A DNA stretch of 64,000 nucleotides from Amphiscolops sp. MND2022 (Eukaryota): contig OZ076409.1 of NCBI GenBank assembly GCA_964187785.1, positions 41,790,001 to 41,854,000 of the forward strand, given 5' to 3'. The notes beneath the pieces are model-generated. The model saw only the letters and a list, made by a program, of their open reading frames with translations, was not told where the DNA came from and ran no database searches. Of the stretch, positions 11,111-24,890 are shown one piece after another; positions within the stretch are counted from its first letter, which is position 1, and every line of letters begins with the position of its first letter. Both the position numbers and the translations under genes were made by a program.

Positions 11111-14100
11111 TGAGCCTTTAGGTGGCGCTGATTTGCTTAAGTACTACATTTCTCTGCAAAAATAATAAATTTTCCTTGTTAATAAACTGTGAGGCATTGA
11201 TGCACTCTCTTGATAGATGGGATCTTATTAACAGAAAAAAAATTTTGAATTTCGATCAACTAATGAAGCAAATTTGAAAATTCAAAATTTTCAAATTGAT
11301 ATTTGAAAACACATATGAGCTTACATTGATGTACATCGTATTTTTACATGCCACAATGCAAGCTGCAGTTTGAAGCTTCAGAATAAGTGATTACGGAACC
11401 TCAAATTTTCCTTTTTTTGCCAGCAGCTTACTATCCTTTCACGCAACTTATACAGATTAACATAATTCCAAGCATGTTTACTTAAGGAATGGTGTGAAAA
11501 AGGTCGTGTCGCAATTTATCGGAACTCATGATCTCAAGTTTCAATCCGTATTATGCTTTTAGTACTTTCACTCGAACTGATTGTCCGTATTTAAAATGTT
11601 TCTCAATTTAAGGGAAACACGCTTGCCATCTTCGATTAACTTCACCCCATTTCGATTTATAAAGATACATACCTTCAACATCAAAATACAAAAAAAAATC
11701 AAAAATTCGGTATAAGCAAAAAGTTTCATCTGTTTTTTTTTATTATATTTGGATAAGTAATTTTGGGTGCACTGGTTTCTTCTGTATAGTTAGTATTGGC
11801 AATACTCACAATGATCGAGTTTCAATTACTTGCCTGAATTTGATTCATATTTCGCTATACTTCACAATATTTGGCAACATTCTTGATGCAATGTGTAAAA
11901 GCTTTATTTAGCACTTTCGGGTGCTCGCTTAGGATTATCTTGATTGGGAAAGGGGAATGAAATAATTTTGAACAAATATTAATTCCTCTAATCTCATTTA
12001 CAAATTCACAGTAACCACAAAATTTCCTGCGGGAAAGTTTATCAATAAAGGCAACCGGCACTGCCCAATATTAGCGGATCACAATTTATTTGCTCAACAC
12101 AAAGTTACCTCGACGACCTTTCATACAATTTGGCCCAGACGATACTTGGCAAGGTAAATGCAATGATGGAGTAGAGCTAGCAACTCCACTTCAAAGCAGA
12201 CACTGCTTTTGTTCCAACTACTTCGCTTTGCTTCACACCCGTGTGGGAACAAATCGTGAACACCTTTCCTCCATAATATTTCACACTCAACTCTAAGAGC
12301 ATGAATAGATTTTTTACGCTTTCTTTTCTTTATTTTTTTGGTCTTCTTCCGCGCATCAGTTGGTGTCTAAAATTCAGTAAAACTGCAGTTAAATTTTCTT
12401 CTACTATCTGATTGGTTCAAAATAATCGCGGCTCCTCGTGTGTCCTGTTGATCCCTGATTCCTGTTTTGAGACTTGGGGAAATTATTATTGATCACGTTG
12501 AGACGAATAATTTTCAACTTTTCTCTTTTATACTGCATTCACAAACTGTTTACTTTGATCCCTTTTCGCCTCTTCATGTGGCCAGCATGAATAAATTCAA
12601 TCCACATGGAAACGAAATTTGCAAACGAGATTTCTGTGGAGTTTTCTCATAAGTTCAAATTAACGTTTATTGATCCCAATTTCAACCTAGTTTCACTTCT
12701 TTTCTTCAGGAAATACTTTCCAATATTGAATTAGCTTAACTTGAAAGTCACAAAATTTGCTACCTATTCTAAGGTGGTAAGACCACGCCCGCTCAAACGC
12801 CGAATTTTGACACGCTTTCGAATAAAATTTTCCGGAGTTTCAAGACATTTGAAATTAATTCCACTTTAAGGAAGTTTCGAATTCTGTATTTACTATTCGG
12901 TAATATTTGTTATCAACTGTGGGAAACTTGTTATTCTTGTCTTGACTTTTTGATTTTTGATGAAATTACTGACCAAATTTTACCATTCGATGTTCCGACG
13001 TTGTTAAAACAAATTTACCCGTCTGATAATATCTGGTTTTACACGTGGAGAATAGTTTAATCGTTAAATGGGGGGATGTTCAAAAGCAAAATGTAGACTA
13101 GTTTTGTTATCTCCTCTTGAGCCGAAGTCGCGTCATAATGAGTGGGTGTTATGATGAACACCTTGAAATTGGTTATCACTTATTTTACAACTTACAATTC
13201 TGAAAACTACCAAAACAATTTACATAAAGTTGCAGAATTATCTCCACCAAGTCCAACCCAAGCGCCCTTTCTAGCACGAAACCAATTTATTCCGCTCGAA
13301 CTAATGACTCATAAATCGAGATCCGATATGCGCAAAACCAAACCGCGCAAAATAGGCAGCAAAAAATCGGCGCCGGCCAAAAAGCCTGCTTCTGGTTCTT
13401 TGTCTTCGAGCTGCGTCTGTTTGAAGCGCCAGGATGACTCATTCTCAGAATCAGGCCGTTGTTCGAATCTGAAAAAGGACATTGAACTTTGTGGTGCTTC
13501 TGCTTTAGATGTTCCTTTGCCAACCAGTCAAATGTTATCTTCTTGTGACGATCTTCCATCGACAAGTGAGTTGAAAACCAATACAGTAGGGTACCAAGAG
13601 TTTACGTCTCTCTTGTATTTTGAAAATTTCTCAATTTTTTAGCTGGAAAAACAAATTTTTATGGGAAGTCATGGTCCAGTGTTTGTTCCTCAGAAGTTTC
13701 TCGATGCAGGCGCTAAACCAATGGTACCCTATTTCAAAAAATTTGATTTTTTTTCAGTTTTACATGCCTTAGTTCAGTGAAGATCTGGAGAATTTTTCAC
13801 TATTTCTCTATTTCTCAGGTCTCAAAAACAAGGCGATTCAGATACCCCTATCGCCTTGTGTCACCAATGCCAAAATATTGGGAAAATATTTTATAACTAG
13901 ATTTTTTACCTCCAAACACTCGAAACCTAGAGTATTATATTGACAGTTTAGATCATCGAGTTTCTATTTGTTGCAAAATATTCTCAGCAAATTATGTTTG
14001 AAATATTTTTCAGCCGCTTTTGTCACAAAAATAGGGCAAAAGTGAGATAAAATTAAGTATTAATAATCGTTCTTGAAATTTTTTCTACACCAAGGCCAAG

Positions 14101-14996
14101 TTTTGAAATGAATTTTTGCGTTGCGAGGTGGTCTTGGCGGGCGTTCCATGCTTCATAATGTTTCATGCTTGTTTCAAAAATACAATAGGTTACTTGTGAT
14201 TTTTCGAGATCTTGACGGGTTTCATGTTTGAGAAGGTTGGACAAAAATTTTAACAGTATTTTGTGGAAGTCAAGTTTTTATGATCTGTCACTGACAACCA
14301 TCAATGTTTTTTTTTGCCAAGCCAATAGATGACCGTTGATGGCCTATTGGTGGAAGTATGATAAGGATAAATATCATCACGGCACTTCTCTATGGATTAG
14401 TCATCTTGAGTCCCGGTTACTTTGTAAGCGAGGTTCTATTTCTGAAATCAAAATTGCCATTAATGTTTTTCTAGAACTGTTTAACGGCATAGGGCAAAAG
14501 AATTTCTAAGTGTCTCAAAAACACTGTCAAAAAATAAGACAAAAGGCAAATTAAAGCCTTGAGTCAAATTCTGGGTAACAGACTAATCGTACATCCTCGA
14601 GATTCTATAAAGTTTGCATGAAAAGAAATGACTCGATTCAACTCTCCTTTGATGCATCGAAACGCTTCCACAGTTTGACAAAAGATACTCGCCATACTTT
14701 CGCCATAGTAGCCCAAAGAGTCCTCACTTGGATTTTTTTGACACTGGATTTCATAAAATAATTCGAAAACAGTGCAGACACGATTGGAATGAGTCATATC
14801 TCTTTGATGCTTGAGCGGGGCGTCGACATAATTGGATCTCGATTGCGTCCACGTTTCAACTTTTTGTGCGATTTTGTTCAATTTTAAAACGAGAACAATA
14901 GTTCTGTAATAAAAAAATGAAAGGACCCCTGATTGGTAAAAACGTTTTGAACGCCTAATGGTTTTGCGAAGTTCTCAAAAACTCAAATTTTCCAAG

Positions 14997-15150
14997 AACA
15001 AGTTGGAAACGGCATAAGTCCGCGCCATATCTAAGGCTTAAAAACAGCACAAGGACTTCAAAGTGTCAAGTATTCTCTTCAACACTACCCGAAAAACCCA
15101 AAAGTTGGACCAAATTGGCGCGTTAAAAGGGGGAGCCTTTGGGTTTTTTA
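14997..15150 (-). mobile_element. HINE family B, partial 3' end
   Basis: AACAAGTTGGAAACGGCATAAGTCCGCGCCATATCTAAGGCT...AAGGACTTCAAAGTGTCAAG matches 32295 and 26814. Confidence 0.65.
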
Positions 15151-17448
15151 ACTGAGGTTTAACTGTCTAAATTAAGGGCAAAAGCTAGTCTTTATTTTCG
15201 TTTTGATATTGTTCAAGATGCCCATCAAAGACTGATCATAATCTAAAAGTTTAAGCTTTTCAATGTTGACATATTGAAAGATAATCACAATCATGGTTTT
15301 TTAATCCATTGACCAATCTTATTTCACGTCCCGGAATTATTTTTGTGGGGATTGTCATTTTTACGCACGTGTAATCACTAAGGACCTCAAAAGTTGACAG
15401 TGCAATCAATGGGCAGCGATGAATAAGAGGTTTCAAAATTACCAAAAATCAAAAACTTAGATAGCAAACTAAATATGTTTCCTTATACCTAGAGAGGAGT
15501 TAAAAACCAACTTCCGTAACATTTGACATGGAAACTCAAAAACAAGCACAGTTCTACTTCATTTCAAACTACAAGAAAGTTTTATGGAATGCCTTTTGCC
15601 TGATAATCATTAATTTCATAGATATGAGCAGGAAATGGAGTGTTCCAAACACTGAAATCAATTAGGTGTTCCATTTGTTTTATCACTGGGTTGTAGTAAT
15701 CGAATCAGAGGCAATGTTCCCTTCATGTTTGATTTCAAAGTTCATTTCATCGAAAATGTGCCCAACTTATAGTGACAAGTTTTTTTCAGAGCTTACAATT
15801 AGGGCGTACCAAAAGGGACAAAGGTTGCTTCCTGAGAGTATTTCATAGTTTTACCGTGTACCATCGAAACTATAAGGGATTGTGTCCGGTACTTTTTGGA
15901 ATTTTTCATTTCACACAAGGGTCGCTCATGTTTTCAAATAGAGCAATACGTTTCAAGAGCTTCAAAGGTCCCTTTACATTTTTTGGCACTTTGCAATTTT
16001 TTTGAATAATTTTTTTTTCAATTCAGTTTTGTTCGGCTGCTTTCCAGTCAGATATCTTGTTATTTAGCTTGTTTCTCGAGCGTGTTTCCTTTGAATATTT
16101 TTGGTTTTTTTTTCTTTCGAAATTTTAAACTAAAAAACCTTGAGATTTTTTAAAAAATCCTTGAGCTCACTGACCGCCGAATTAAGACGTTCTCGTCGCG
16201 TCATGCAGTAGCTGATACCTGAATGAATGATGCAAGGGCTTTTTCCATAAAAACTACTAAGACCTCGGCTGTCACGTGGTTTCAAGACGTGGATTTGTTT
16301 CCTACTTCTAGTAGAATCAACAAAGCTTGATGACTAGCCATATTGGCGTGAGAGGCTCCCACATAAGAGAACTGACATTGCCTTTTCAGACATTGGTTAT
16401 AATTTTGTTCAGATCAGTTTCAAATCTGTAAAAAAGCCATGAATGATTTCTCATTTAATGAGGAATCTGTTATGAGGATTTCAGCTGGGCAGAAAATCGC
16501 TTTCTTTTTTAGGCTCAGTCTCAACATTCATGAACTAAAAATTAGAGAAGGAAATAAGCGGATATTGAGTTCCTTTGTGCTGTTCGGTTGTAAAACAAAA
16601 TGATTTCTGTCTTCCTGGAAATCATGCCTGCATTTACAGCTTTGTATGATTTTTCATCTAACGTAGTTTTGACATGACGTTATTTTTGCGCTTCTGCGGT
16701 TTGAAATTTATACCATAGTCCCATAGTCCTATAAAATTACGTTTAATTAGTTTTCTGGCCTTCTAAAGTAGGCTGAGACCAAACTAAAAGAAAGTTCGAG
16801 CAATAGAGACAATAAAGTGATCATTAAGTCCACGGATTCTCCGTATTTTGTTGATTGACATAATACTAGTCGTTTTAACCATTGTCATACTATATTTTAT
16901 TGCGCTTCCTGACTTGCAAGAAAGCTATCGAAGGATGCTAATTTGATGACTTAGATTTTTTTAGGATGAGACAATGAAAATTTTGTTGCAACTCAGCAGA
17001 TGAAGAAATCTATTTTTCACGGAAATTTCATGAGCTATTTAGGTATTTGAACCGATGAGCAGTAGGAGCGGAAAAATATGTTTCATTCACTTGAATTAAG
17101 TTCAAACTGAACCGGAAGCGATCCCATGGTTCGAAATTGACGAAACAAAATGTATAATAAGCTGACATCGGCATAAGTCGGCGCCCTGCTCAAGGCTCAC
17201 AAATATGAAACTATCAATTTTTGTTATGAAAAGGATATACAACAAAAGTTGGTCCAAATTGGCGTTGGCCAGGTCCTAAACCATTTGCCTACAAATCTCG
17301 CATTTCAATCACAACTTCATTGTGTGCAAAAGTTTTCGACTTCTACCGGGATTGAACGAACACATCACCATCTTCCTGTAATACTCGTCGTTTTACCACC
17401 AAGTGAACTGCGTTTTGATTTATGCCTGTAAAACATTTAACCTATCGT

Positions 17449-17672
17449 TATTTTCCGCCCACATAAATGGGGGAGGAAAATCATGATCTGTGTTGCGTTT
17501 TTTTCCCAAATTCTGCCAAATCGCCTCCCAGTTTCACCTCAGGCTACTAGAATAGCCAAGTAACTAAAATAGTCAAGTAACTAAGTGAGGCTCACTTAGA
17601 GTTACTTGAGTATTTTAGATACTTGACTATTGTGGTAGCGCAAAATATTCCGGTGCTTAGCGGGCGTCTTGT
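17449..17672 (+). mobile_element. HINE family A copy
   Basis: TATTTTCCGCCC start, shared GGAAAATCATGATCTGTG core, and CCGGTGCTTAGCGGGCGTCTTGT end. Confidence 0.7.
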
Positions 17673-19658
17673 TTCAAGTTTCCGTGTATTCAAGGGTCCT
17701 ATTGCCAAAAGATTCAAAACGGGGGCTTCAACTCCAACTGAAAATGCCTAGAATACTAGTATTAAGAATCATTTTGCGGAATTTCCTAATTCTAAATATC
17801 AACTACTAAAAGTTATTTTCTACATGCTTGCATGGAACACGCGCATTAGACTAACAAACATTAAACTGACAATCAAAGAAACCGTGTCAAAAAGTAGAAT
17901 TATCTGATTGGTTGAAAAATGTTCAAAACTATTGGTTTCAATACTGAATAGCAACGACTCAAATTAACCATCCTAGTCAGCTTAATGGCGTATCGTTGCA
18001 ATTGTCTGTCAGTGTAACGCATCAATTCCGCTTACATAGATATACATGCAAAGCTCAACTTTTTACATGCACTTTGCACTTTGCACTGCAGTTCGAACAA
18101 CGGGATAGCTCCACCCAGGTTTTCGAAGAATTTGTGCAGAACTTAGCGGATATGTTCAGATTCGAAGAAAAAAAGACCTGATCAGAAATACATTAAAACT
18201 CCACAGAAATGTCAAACGAATAATGAAAATGTTTAGTATTAGTGAGAAATCTCAGTCATGTCAAAATGATAAAAATAATTCCGCAGCAATCGGTACAACT
18301 CATGGAGAACTTCACAGAACTCTGCAGATCTATCGCAAATCCTGATTGTAAAGAATTTGACCGAGCAAAAAATCACCGATAATTTATTATAACGTATTCC
18401 CAGTTACCAACAATCACAAAATTTACTCCAAAAAACCATGTTCCGGAAATATTACAACAACAGCTTTATCAGCACCTCTACCAACCCAGACGGTCACCAC
18501 ATGTATAATTTCATCCTCCAAAACGAAGTGATTATTGCAAACGAGACTCTCTAAGTTCAAAAACCACTTCAGGAAAGTTTAAGTGAAATGGATAAATTAC
18601 CGCGTATAGTCAATACCGAACGTCCTCTAGACACTAAAACTACTCTGATGGTGACGAGCATTCCTGCTCGAGAGTTTAGAGTGATGGAGACTTTCAACTG
18701 ACTGAACGTTGGTCAGCTAAAATACTTGGTAAAGTAGTTGAAGAAGTCCAAAAGTACAGTACATTGGTTCTTTAGAAGCTAAAAAACATATGGTTCTCTA
18801 GTTGCTGAAAAACATTCTGTTGCAAAAGAAAGTCGGAGATTCTTTAAAAATCCTGCAGATCTGTAATGTTCTTCAAGATTCAGTGCATACCCCTCAGATC
18901 TGCACTGAATTGCAACGATCAAAAACGTGGGAAGAAATAGTTTGAGAATCTCTCTTGTTTATTTCCCAGCACCCCCACAGTAAGCGTAAAACCTTGAATC
19001 CACCAATATCAGCTATAAGGTTTAGTTGCAATTACAGTTAAACATCCAGGAACAAGAGATTAGTCAAGGAACGAAATGTTTTCGTTAAGAAAAGGTTGTC
19101 GAGAAGTATTTTTTGCTCAGTTTTTTTTGAACGAAAAATTCGCGTAATTTCAAAACCAAAGCAAGTTATTTTCAATGACCTCTCCATCACGACCGAAGTA
19201 AGCTAAAACTTTAGGCGAAAACAATCTTTGATTTTAAATGAAAAAAAAACTTTCATTGAGAGCAAAAAAGTACCAATGCTTGATAGTTCCTGTCGAGTTA
19301 TTTTTTAACCCAAAATAAAACAAAATCTCAAAAATTGCTCCAGTTAGGCCAATTCGAAGGTGATCAACGTTCACATGGTACAAAACGGGAAAACTAAGTG
19401 GACACTGGACGAAAACTGCGGAAGAGGAATGGGTGAAACTAACTAAGATGATTCAGATGCTATTTTTGAAATTTCGGATGGACAAAATAACTTTTACGAG
19501 AAATTATTAAAATTGAACTAAAAAGCTTCACTTGAATGAATCTATGTCACTGTCACATAAGCTTTTGACCTATGTCTAATTGATTAAAACTTTGGAACAA
19601 GAATTTCCCGATGCTGAAAAAACAAAAATTTCAGATCCTTTCGAATGATTACATCAGT

Positions 19659-22009
19659 AACAAGACGCCCGCTGACCAGCAGGATATTTTTCGTCCGAAT
19701 GTTTCTAGCAACGACATAATTTTGAGGATCCAGATTAGCTAATGCACTATGAAAACGCATAGAAGTTTGCTGAAAAAAGCTCAATGTCGCCCCATTTCAA
19801 AACGAAACACTTCAAGAACAAACTAAAAACCTATTTCTTTTGTTGTCGGACTGTAAGTATACCAAAACCTAACCTACCGACTCTTTATAATTTTGCAGGG
19901 AAAGTCACTGAAAACTTCAAATTTGATTTTTTGATTTTCCAACAACTTTGCGGTCATTTTGAACCATTTTTCTAAGAAACCGCAGATGTCTTTTCAAAAA
20001 CGCCTACTGGATGCCAGGTTCAGTCATTGCTGAATGTCTACACCTTGCTAATATATGAAATCGCACGAAAAATTTACAAAAAACCTCATAAAAACTTGAA
20101 GAACAAGAAAGTTTGTGACTTTTCTCTTATTTTAGGCAATTCTGACGAACTTTTAACGTAAAAAACGAATGTTCTTTTTTAACGTACTGCATGTCTAATT
20201 TAAAAAAATTATAACGAGTTTTGAGACTGCTCAATTATGAAATTTTGGTACTTTCAAAAAATCACTGAATTGTCAACATAACAACTAAATTTTATATTTT
20301 TCCGACTATTTTGGGGTGATTTTGAGGCTTTTTTTAATGTGAAACTACATTTGACCTTCAACAAGCCTAGCGGATAACACGGTTCATCGCTGTTGAAAGG
20401 TTTCATTCCCTTAACAAACGAAAATTCAGAAATTTTACAAAAAAACGTTGAAATTGGCTTTTTCTTATTTCCGCCTCGCAGGGTCATAATTGATCTGTTC
20501 AGAAACACAATAACTCTTTCTTCATAAAAGCGTACTGCATGGCTAGTTTGTTCGTCTTTGAGTGTTTTGAACCTTCTTAAATACAACAGCCTACAAAAAG
20601 TGTACAGAAATTGTATAGAAAAGAACAAATTGCAAATTCATTTGGTTGAAAGTTTTCATTCTTCTAATGACCTAAAATTTACAAGCTTTCGACAAAACTC
20701 GAAAGTCTCAAGCGTTTTGGTTTTTGGACTTCTTTGGATCATTCTGAGATAGTGTTCTATGTCAAAAACTACAAACTTTTCCTTGAGAACGCGTACTGTA
20801 TAGCGTGATAAATCATCTGTAGCTTCAAGATCGTCTACTTTACGAAAGGTCTCACAACAGTCACTAAAACTGTCAACAAATTTGATATTTCTGACTTTTT
20901 TCGGGTCAATTTGGGGCTGTTTCCCAGTCGTAATCGGCAAATTCCTTCACAAAAGTCAAGTGGTCATTAACTAAAATTGTTTCTGAGCGTTTATAGCATT
21001 TTAACCCTCGAAACGTTGAAAATTTTATTTAAAATGCAGAAAAACGTTCAGTTTTTCAATTTCTTTTTTTTCCGATTTACTGGAGTCGTGTTGTAGTGTT
21101 TTCACGTAACACACTGCATTTTTCGCAATGTAAAAGATGCTGCATAACTAGTTGGTTCATCCTGAACTGTCTTGAGCCTTTTAACTGAAACAAAACCTCA
21201 AAGATTGTACTAAAAGTGCATGAAAATTCGCAAAAACTGGATGTTTAAGGACTTTAAGACTTTTCGGTGTCAAATTAAGGCAGATTTCTAACAAACGTCT
21301 TCGTTTATCTCTTCAAAAGGCCTGTTGCAGAACAAATTGTTTTGTGGTTGAATGGTCTGAAAGTTCTAATTCATGAAAATTTCACGAAAGTTGCGTTTAA
21401 AATCAAAAAATATGAAAATAATGGATTTGTTGACAATTTTGGGGTGACTTTGTTGCAATTTTCTGTAACAAAACTGCCTTCTTCTCCCCCAAAAAACCCT
21501 ATTGGACAATGAATGCGTTCGTTGTTGAATGGTTTCTACGTTCTAATCCTTCAAAATCCTCGAAAACTTGACAAAAGGTTGACAAAACCTAATAAAGATT
21601 TTACATTTTTGGGTTTTTGGCCAATTTCAGTCTAATGTTGATACTTTTTTGAAAAAGAAGTTGCATTTCTTTTATCATAGAAGATTCTTGGACAACGAAT
21701 TTTTATCATTTTGGACGTTTTCAACCTTCTAAGCTACAAAGTCAATCGAGAAATTGACAAAAGTTGCATAAAAACGTTGGAAAAGGGAACAATTTGCAAT
21801 TCTGGTCCCTTTGAGGTTTTGAGGTCAACCAAAAAAATCCAAATGTCTCTACAAATACATATTGCATGATACTGAACTCACGTCAAATGAATTCTTTGGG
21901 TGAAATCCGTTAACTTGGGTATAAATTCGAAACATGGTAAACATTTTTTTAAAAACGCGGCTGATTTTTATGTGTTCCTCGCCCATATGAAATATGGACA
22001 GAAAATTAT
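19659..22009 (-). mobile_element. Long HINE family A element (reverse orientation) with internal degenerate repeats
   Basis: The reverse complement of 19659-19780 aligns with the 3' 120 bp of the 50270-50683 copy, and 21835-22009 aligns with the reverse complement of that copy's 5' end (CCCATATGAAATATGG-CAGAAAATTAT). Confidence 0.7.
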
Positions 22010-24219
22010 AATCTTTCATAGAAACTTGGACAGAAGGCCTAAATTTGGAGTTTTTACGAGAAAGATTTTTTCAGGGACATTTGAAACCTTTTGACGCTGG
22101 AGATAAAACAAATTTAATTTTTCTCTTCCGACTTTCTCTTCTTGTTTTTTCCGACTGACTGGAAACGTGTTGTAGTGTTTTACATTTTCTGCAATATAAA
22201 AGACACTGCATAAGTATTTGATTCATTTTGAGTTGTTTCGAGCCTTTCAATTGAAACAAAACCTAAAAAATTGTACCAAAATTGCATGAAAATTTGCTAC
22301 AACTGGAAGATTTAAGAGTTCAAGGCTCTTTTGGTGTCGCAATAAGGCATATTTCTATCAAACGTCATCCTTTATCTCTTCGAAAAGCCTGTTGAAGAGC
22401 AAACTGTAATGTTGTTGAACGGTCTGAAAGTTCTAATTCTTGAAAGTTTCTTGAAAGTTGCCTTTAAAATCAAAAAATGTGGAAACATTGTATTTGTTGA
22501 CAATTTTGGGGTCATTTTTTGCACTTTTCTGCACCAAACCATTCATCTCCCCAAAATACCCAATGGAACATTAAATACTTTCGTTGTTTGATTGTTTTTG
22601 ACGTTCTAAACCTGGAAATTCTGCGGAAATTTGAAAAAATGTTTAAAAAAACTGTTGAAAATTGAATTTTTTTGGGTTTTTGGTCATTTTTGGTCTAATA
22701 TTGAGGCTTTTTTGAAAAAATGAATTTCTTCAATCATTGAAGACTTGAGAACAACAAGTTTTAATAAATCGGACGTTTTCAACCTTCTAAGTCACGAAGT
22801 CTCTCGGAAGCTTCACATAAGTTGCATAAAAACGTTGATGAAACGGAACATTTTGCAATTTTGGTCCATTTTGAGGTTTTGGGGTCAACCAAAAAAGTCC
22901 AAATGTCTCTACAAATACATATTGCATGATACTGAATTCACGTCAAATGAATTCTATGGGTGAAACCCGTTAACTTGTGTATAAATTTGGAACATGGCAA
23001 AATTTGTTTTAAAAACGCGGCTGATTTGTATATGTTCCTATCCCATATGAAATATGGACAGAAAATTATAATCTTTCATAGAAACTTGGACAGAAAGTCA
23101 AAATTTGGAGTTTTTACGAGAGAGATTTGAGACCTTTTGATGTTGAAGATAAAACAAATTTTAATTTTTCTGTTTTCATTTTTTCCGATCGACTGTAGTC
23201 GTGTTGTTATGTTTTGACGTAACACTGCATTTTCCGCAATATAACGGATACTGCATAACAAATAGATTCGTTTTGAGTTGTTTTCAGCCTTTTAACTGAA
23301 ACAAAATCTAAAAAATTGTACTAAAATTGCATGAAAATTCGCAACAACTGGAAGATTCAGGAGTTTGAGGTTCTTTTGTGTCAAAGTAAGGCATGTTTTT
23401 ATCAAACGTCTTCGTTTATCTCTTCCAAGGCCTGTTGCAGTACAAATTGTATAGTTGTTGAACGGTCTGAAAGTTCTACTTCATGAAAAATTCACAAAAA
23501 TTGCGTTTAGAATCAAAAATTGTGAAAATATTGGATTTGTTGACATTTTTGGGGTCATTTTGTTGCACTTCTCTGTAACAAACCTGCATTCATCTCCCCA
23601 AAACACACTATTGGACAACGAATGCGTTCGTTGTTGAATGTGTTCAACGTTCTAAACCAAGAAATGCCGCGAAAACTTGACAAAAGGTTAAAAAACTGTT
23701 GAAAATTTGAATTGTTTGTGTTTTTGGTTAATTTCGGTCTAATATTGAGGCTGTTCTCGAATGAAAAATTGCATTTCTTTTTATCATAGAAGACTTTCGG
23801 ACAACGAATTTGTATTATTTTGGACGTTTTCTACCTTCCAAGCCACAAAGTCTCTCAGAAACTTGGCAAAAATTCCATAAAAACTTTGGAAAACGGAACA
23901 TTTTGCAATCCTGGTAATTTTGGGGTTTTGGGGTCAACCAAAAAAGTCCAAATATCTCTACAAATACATATTGCATGATACTGAATTCACGTCAAATGAA
24001 TTCTATGGGTGAAACCCGTTAACTTGTGTATAAATTTGGAACATGGCAAAATTTGTTTTAAAAACGCGGCTGATTTGTATATGTTCCTATCCCATATGAA
24101 ATATGGACAGAAAATTATAATCTTTCATAGAAACTTGGACAGAAGGCCAAAATTTGGAGTTTTTACGAGAAAGATTTTTTCAGGGACATTTGAAACCTCT
24201 TGATATTGAAGATAAAACA
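21060..24219. repeat. Tandem array of three ~1.05-kb units
   Basis: The marker TCTCTACAAATACATATTGCATGATACTGAA recurs at ~21845, ~22905 and ~23955. Duplicated ORF translations at 21900 and 24009, and at 22409 and 23455, agree. Confidence 0.9.
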
Positions 24220-24802
24220 GAAAACTGAGCTACATCTATAAGTGCTCAGAAAAAGTTGAAACCAATGATAACTTGAATTTTCTCTTTCTAAAAGTGTGCT
24301 AAGAAGCTAATTGTTTTTATCAATTTGTATTCACAATTTTAAACGTGTATCACTGGATTTTAAACTTGTATCAAAGTTGAGTGGAACGCTTGAATTTTCG
24401 AAACTTCCGGTTTTTTGGGTTTTTTCCAAAACTTCCAATTTCTCAGTAAATGATCGAGTAGCTGAATCTTTTGTCGCTGAATTTTCCGAGTTCATTAGCC
24501 ACATAAAAATACGGTGAACCAAAATTGCATAAAAAGGCCGAAATTTCCACACTTCGTTGGTTACATCGGCGGAAGTTTCAGCGATCAAGTTTTATAATTG
24601 AAAACTATGCCGAAAATTCAACGGGAGTTCATTGGTGTTTAAGTAGAGTGGGATACCCCGGATTACAAAACGCTTCGAAGCTGTACTATAAAATTACGTA
24701 AATTATTTGCGCTCTTGGAACGTGCGCAAGAGAATATAAAGTTAAGGCTGCGAAATGATTGGTATAACTGGGGCGGTTTTAAGGGGGCTAGGTTTCTGCC
24801 GC

Positions 24803-24890
24803 GCTCCCCCACTCTTTTATAAGTTATTTTATACGCCCCCCACTCTTTTATAAGTTATTTTATACGCGCTCCCCCTCACTCTTTTTCCTG
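24803..24890. repeat. Short tandem repeat, ~31-bp unit (CCCCCACTCTTTTATAAGTTATTTTATACG), about 2.5 copies
   Basis: Direct inspection. Confidence 0.8.

Noticed and set aside
21900..24203. Repeated 60-70 aa ORFs suggesting a tandem gene family
   Set aside because: They arise from the non-coding 1.05-kb tandem repeat, and the frames are not conserved across all units.
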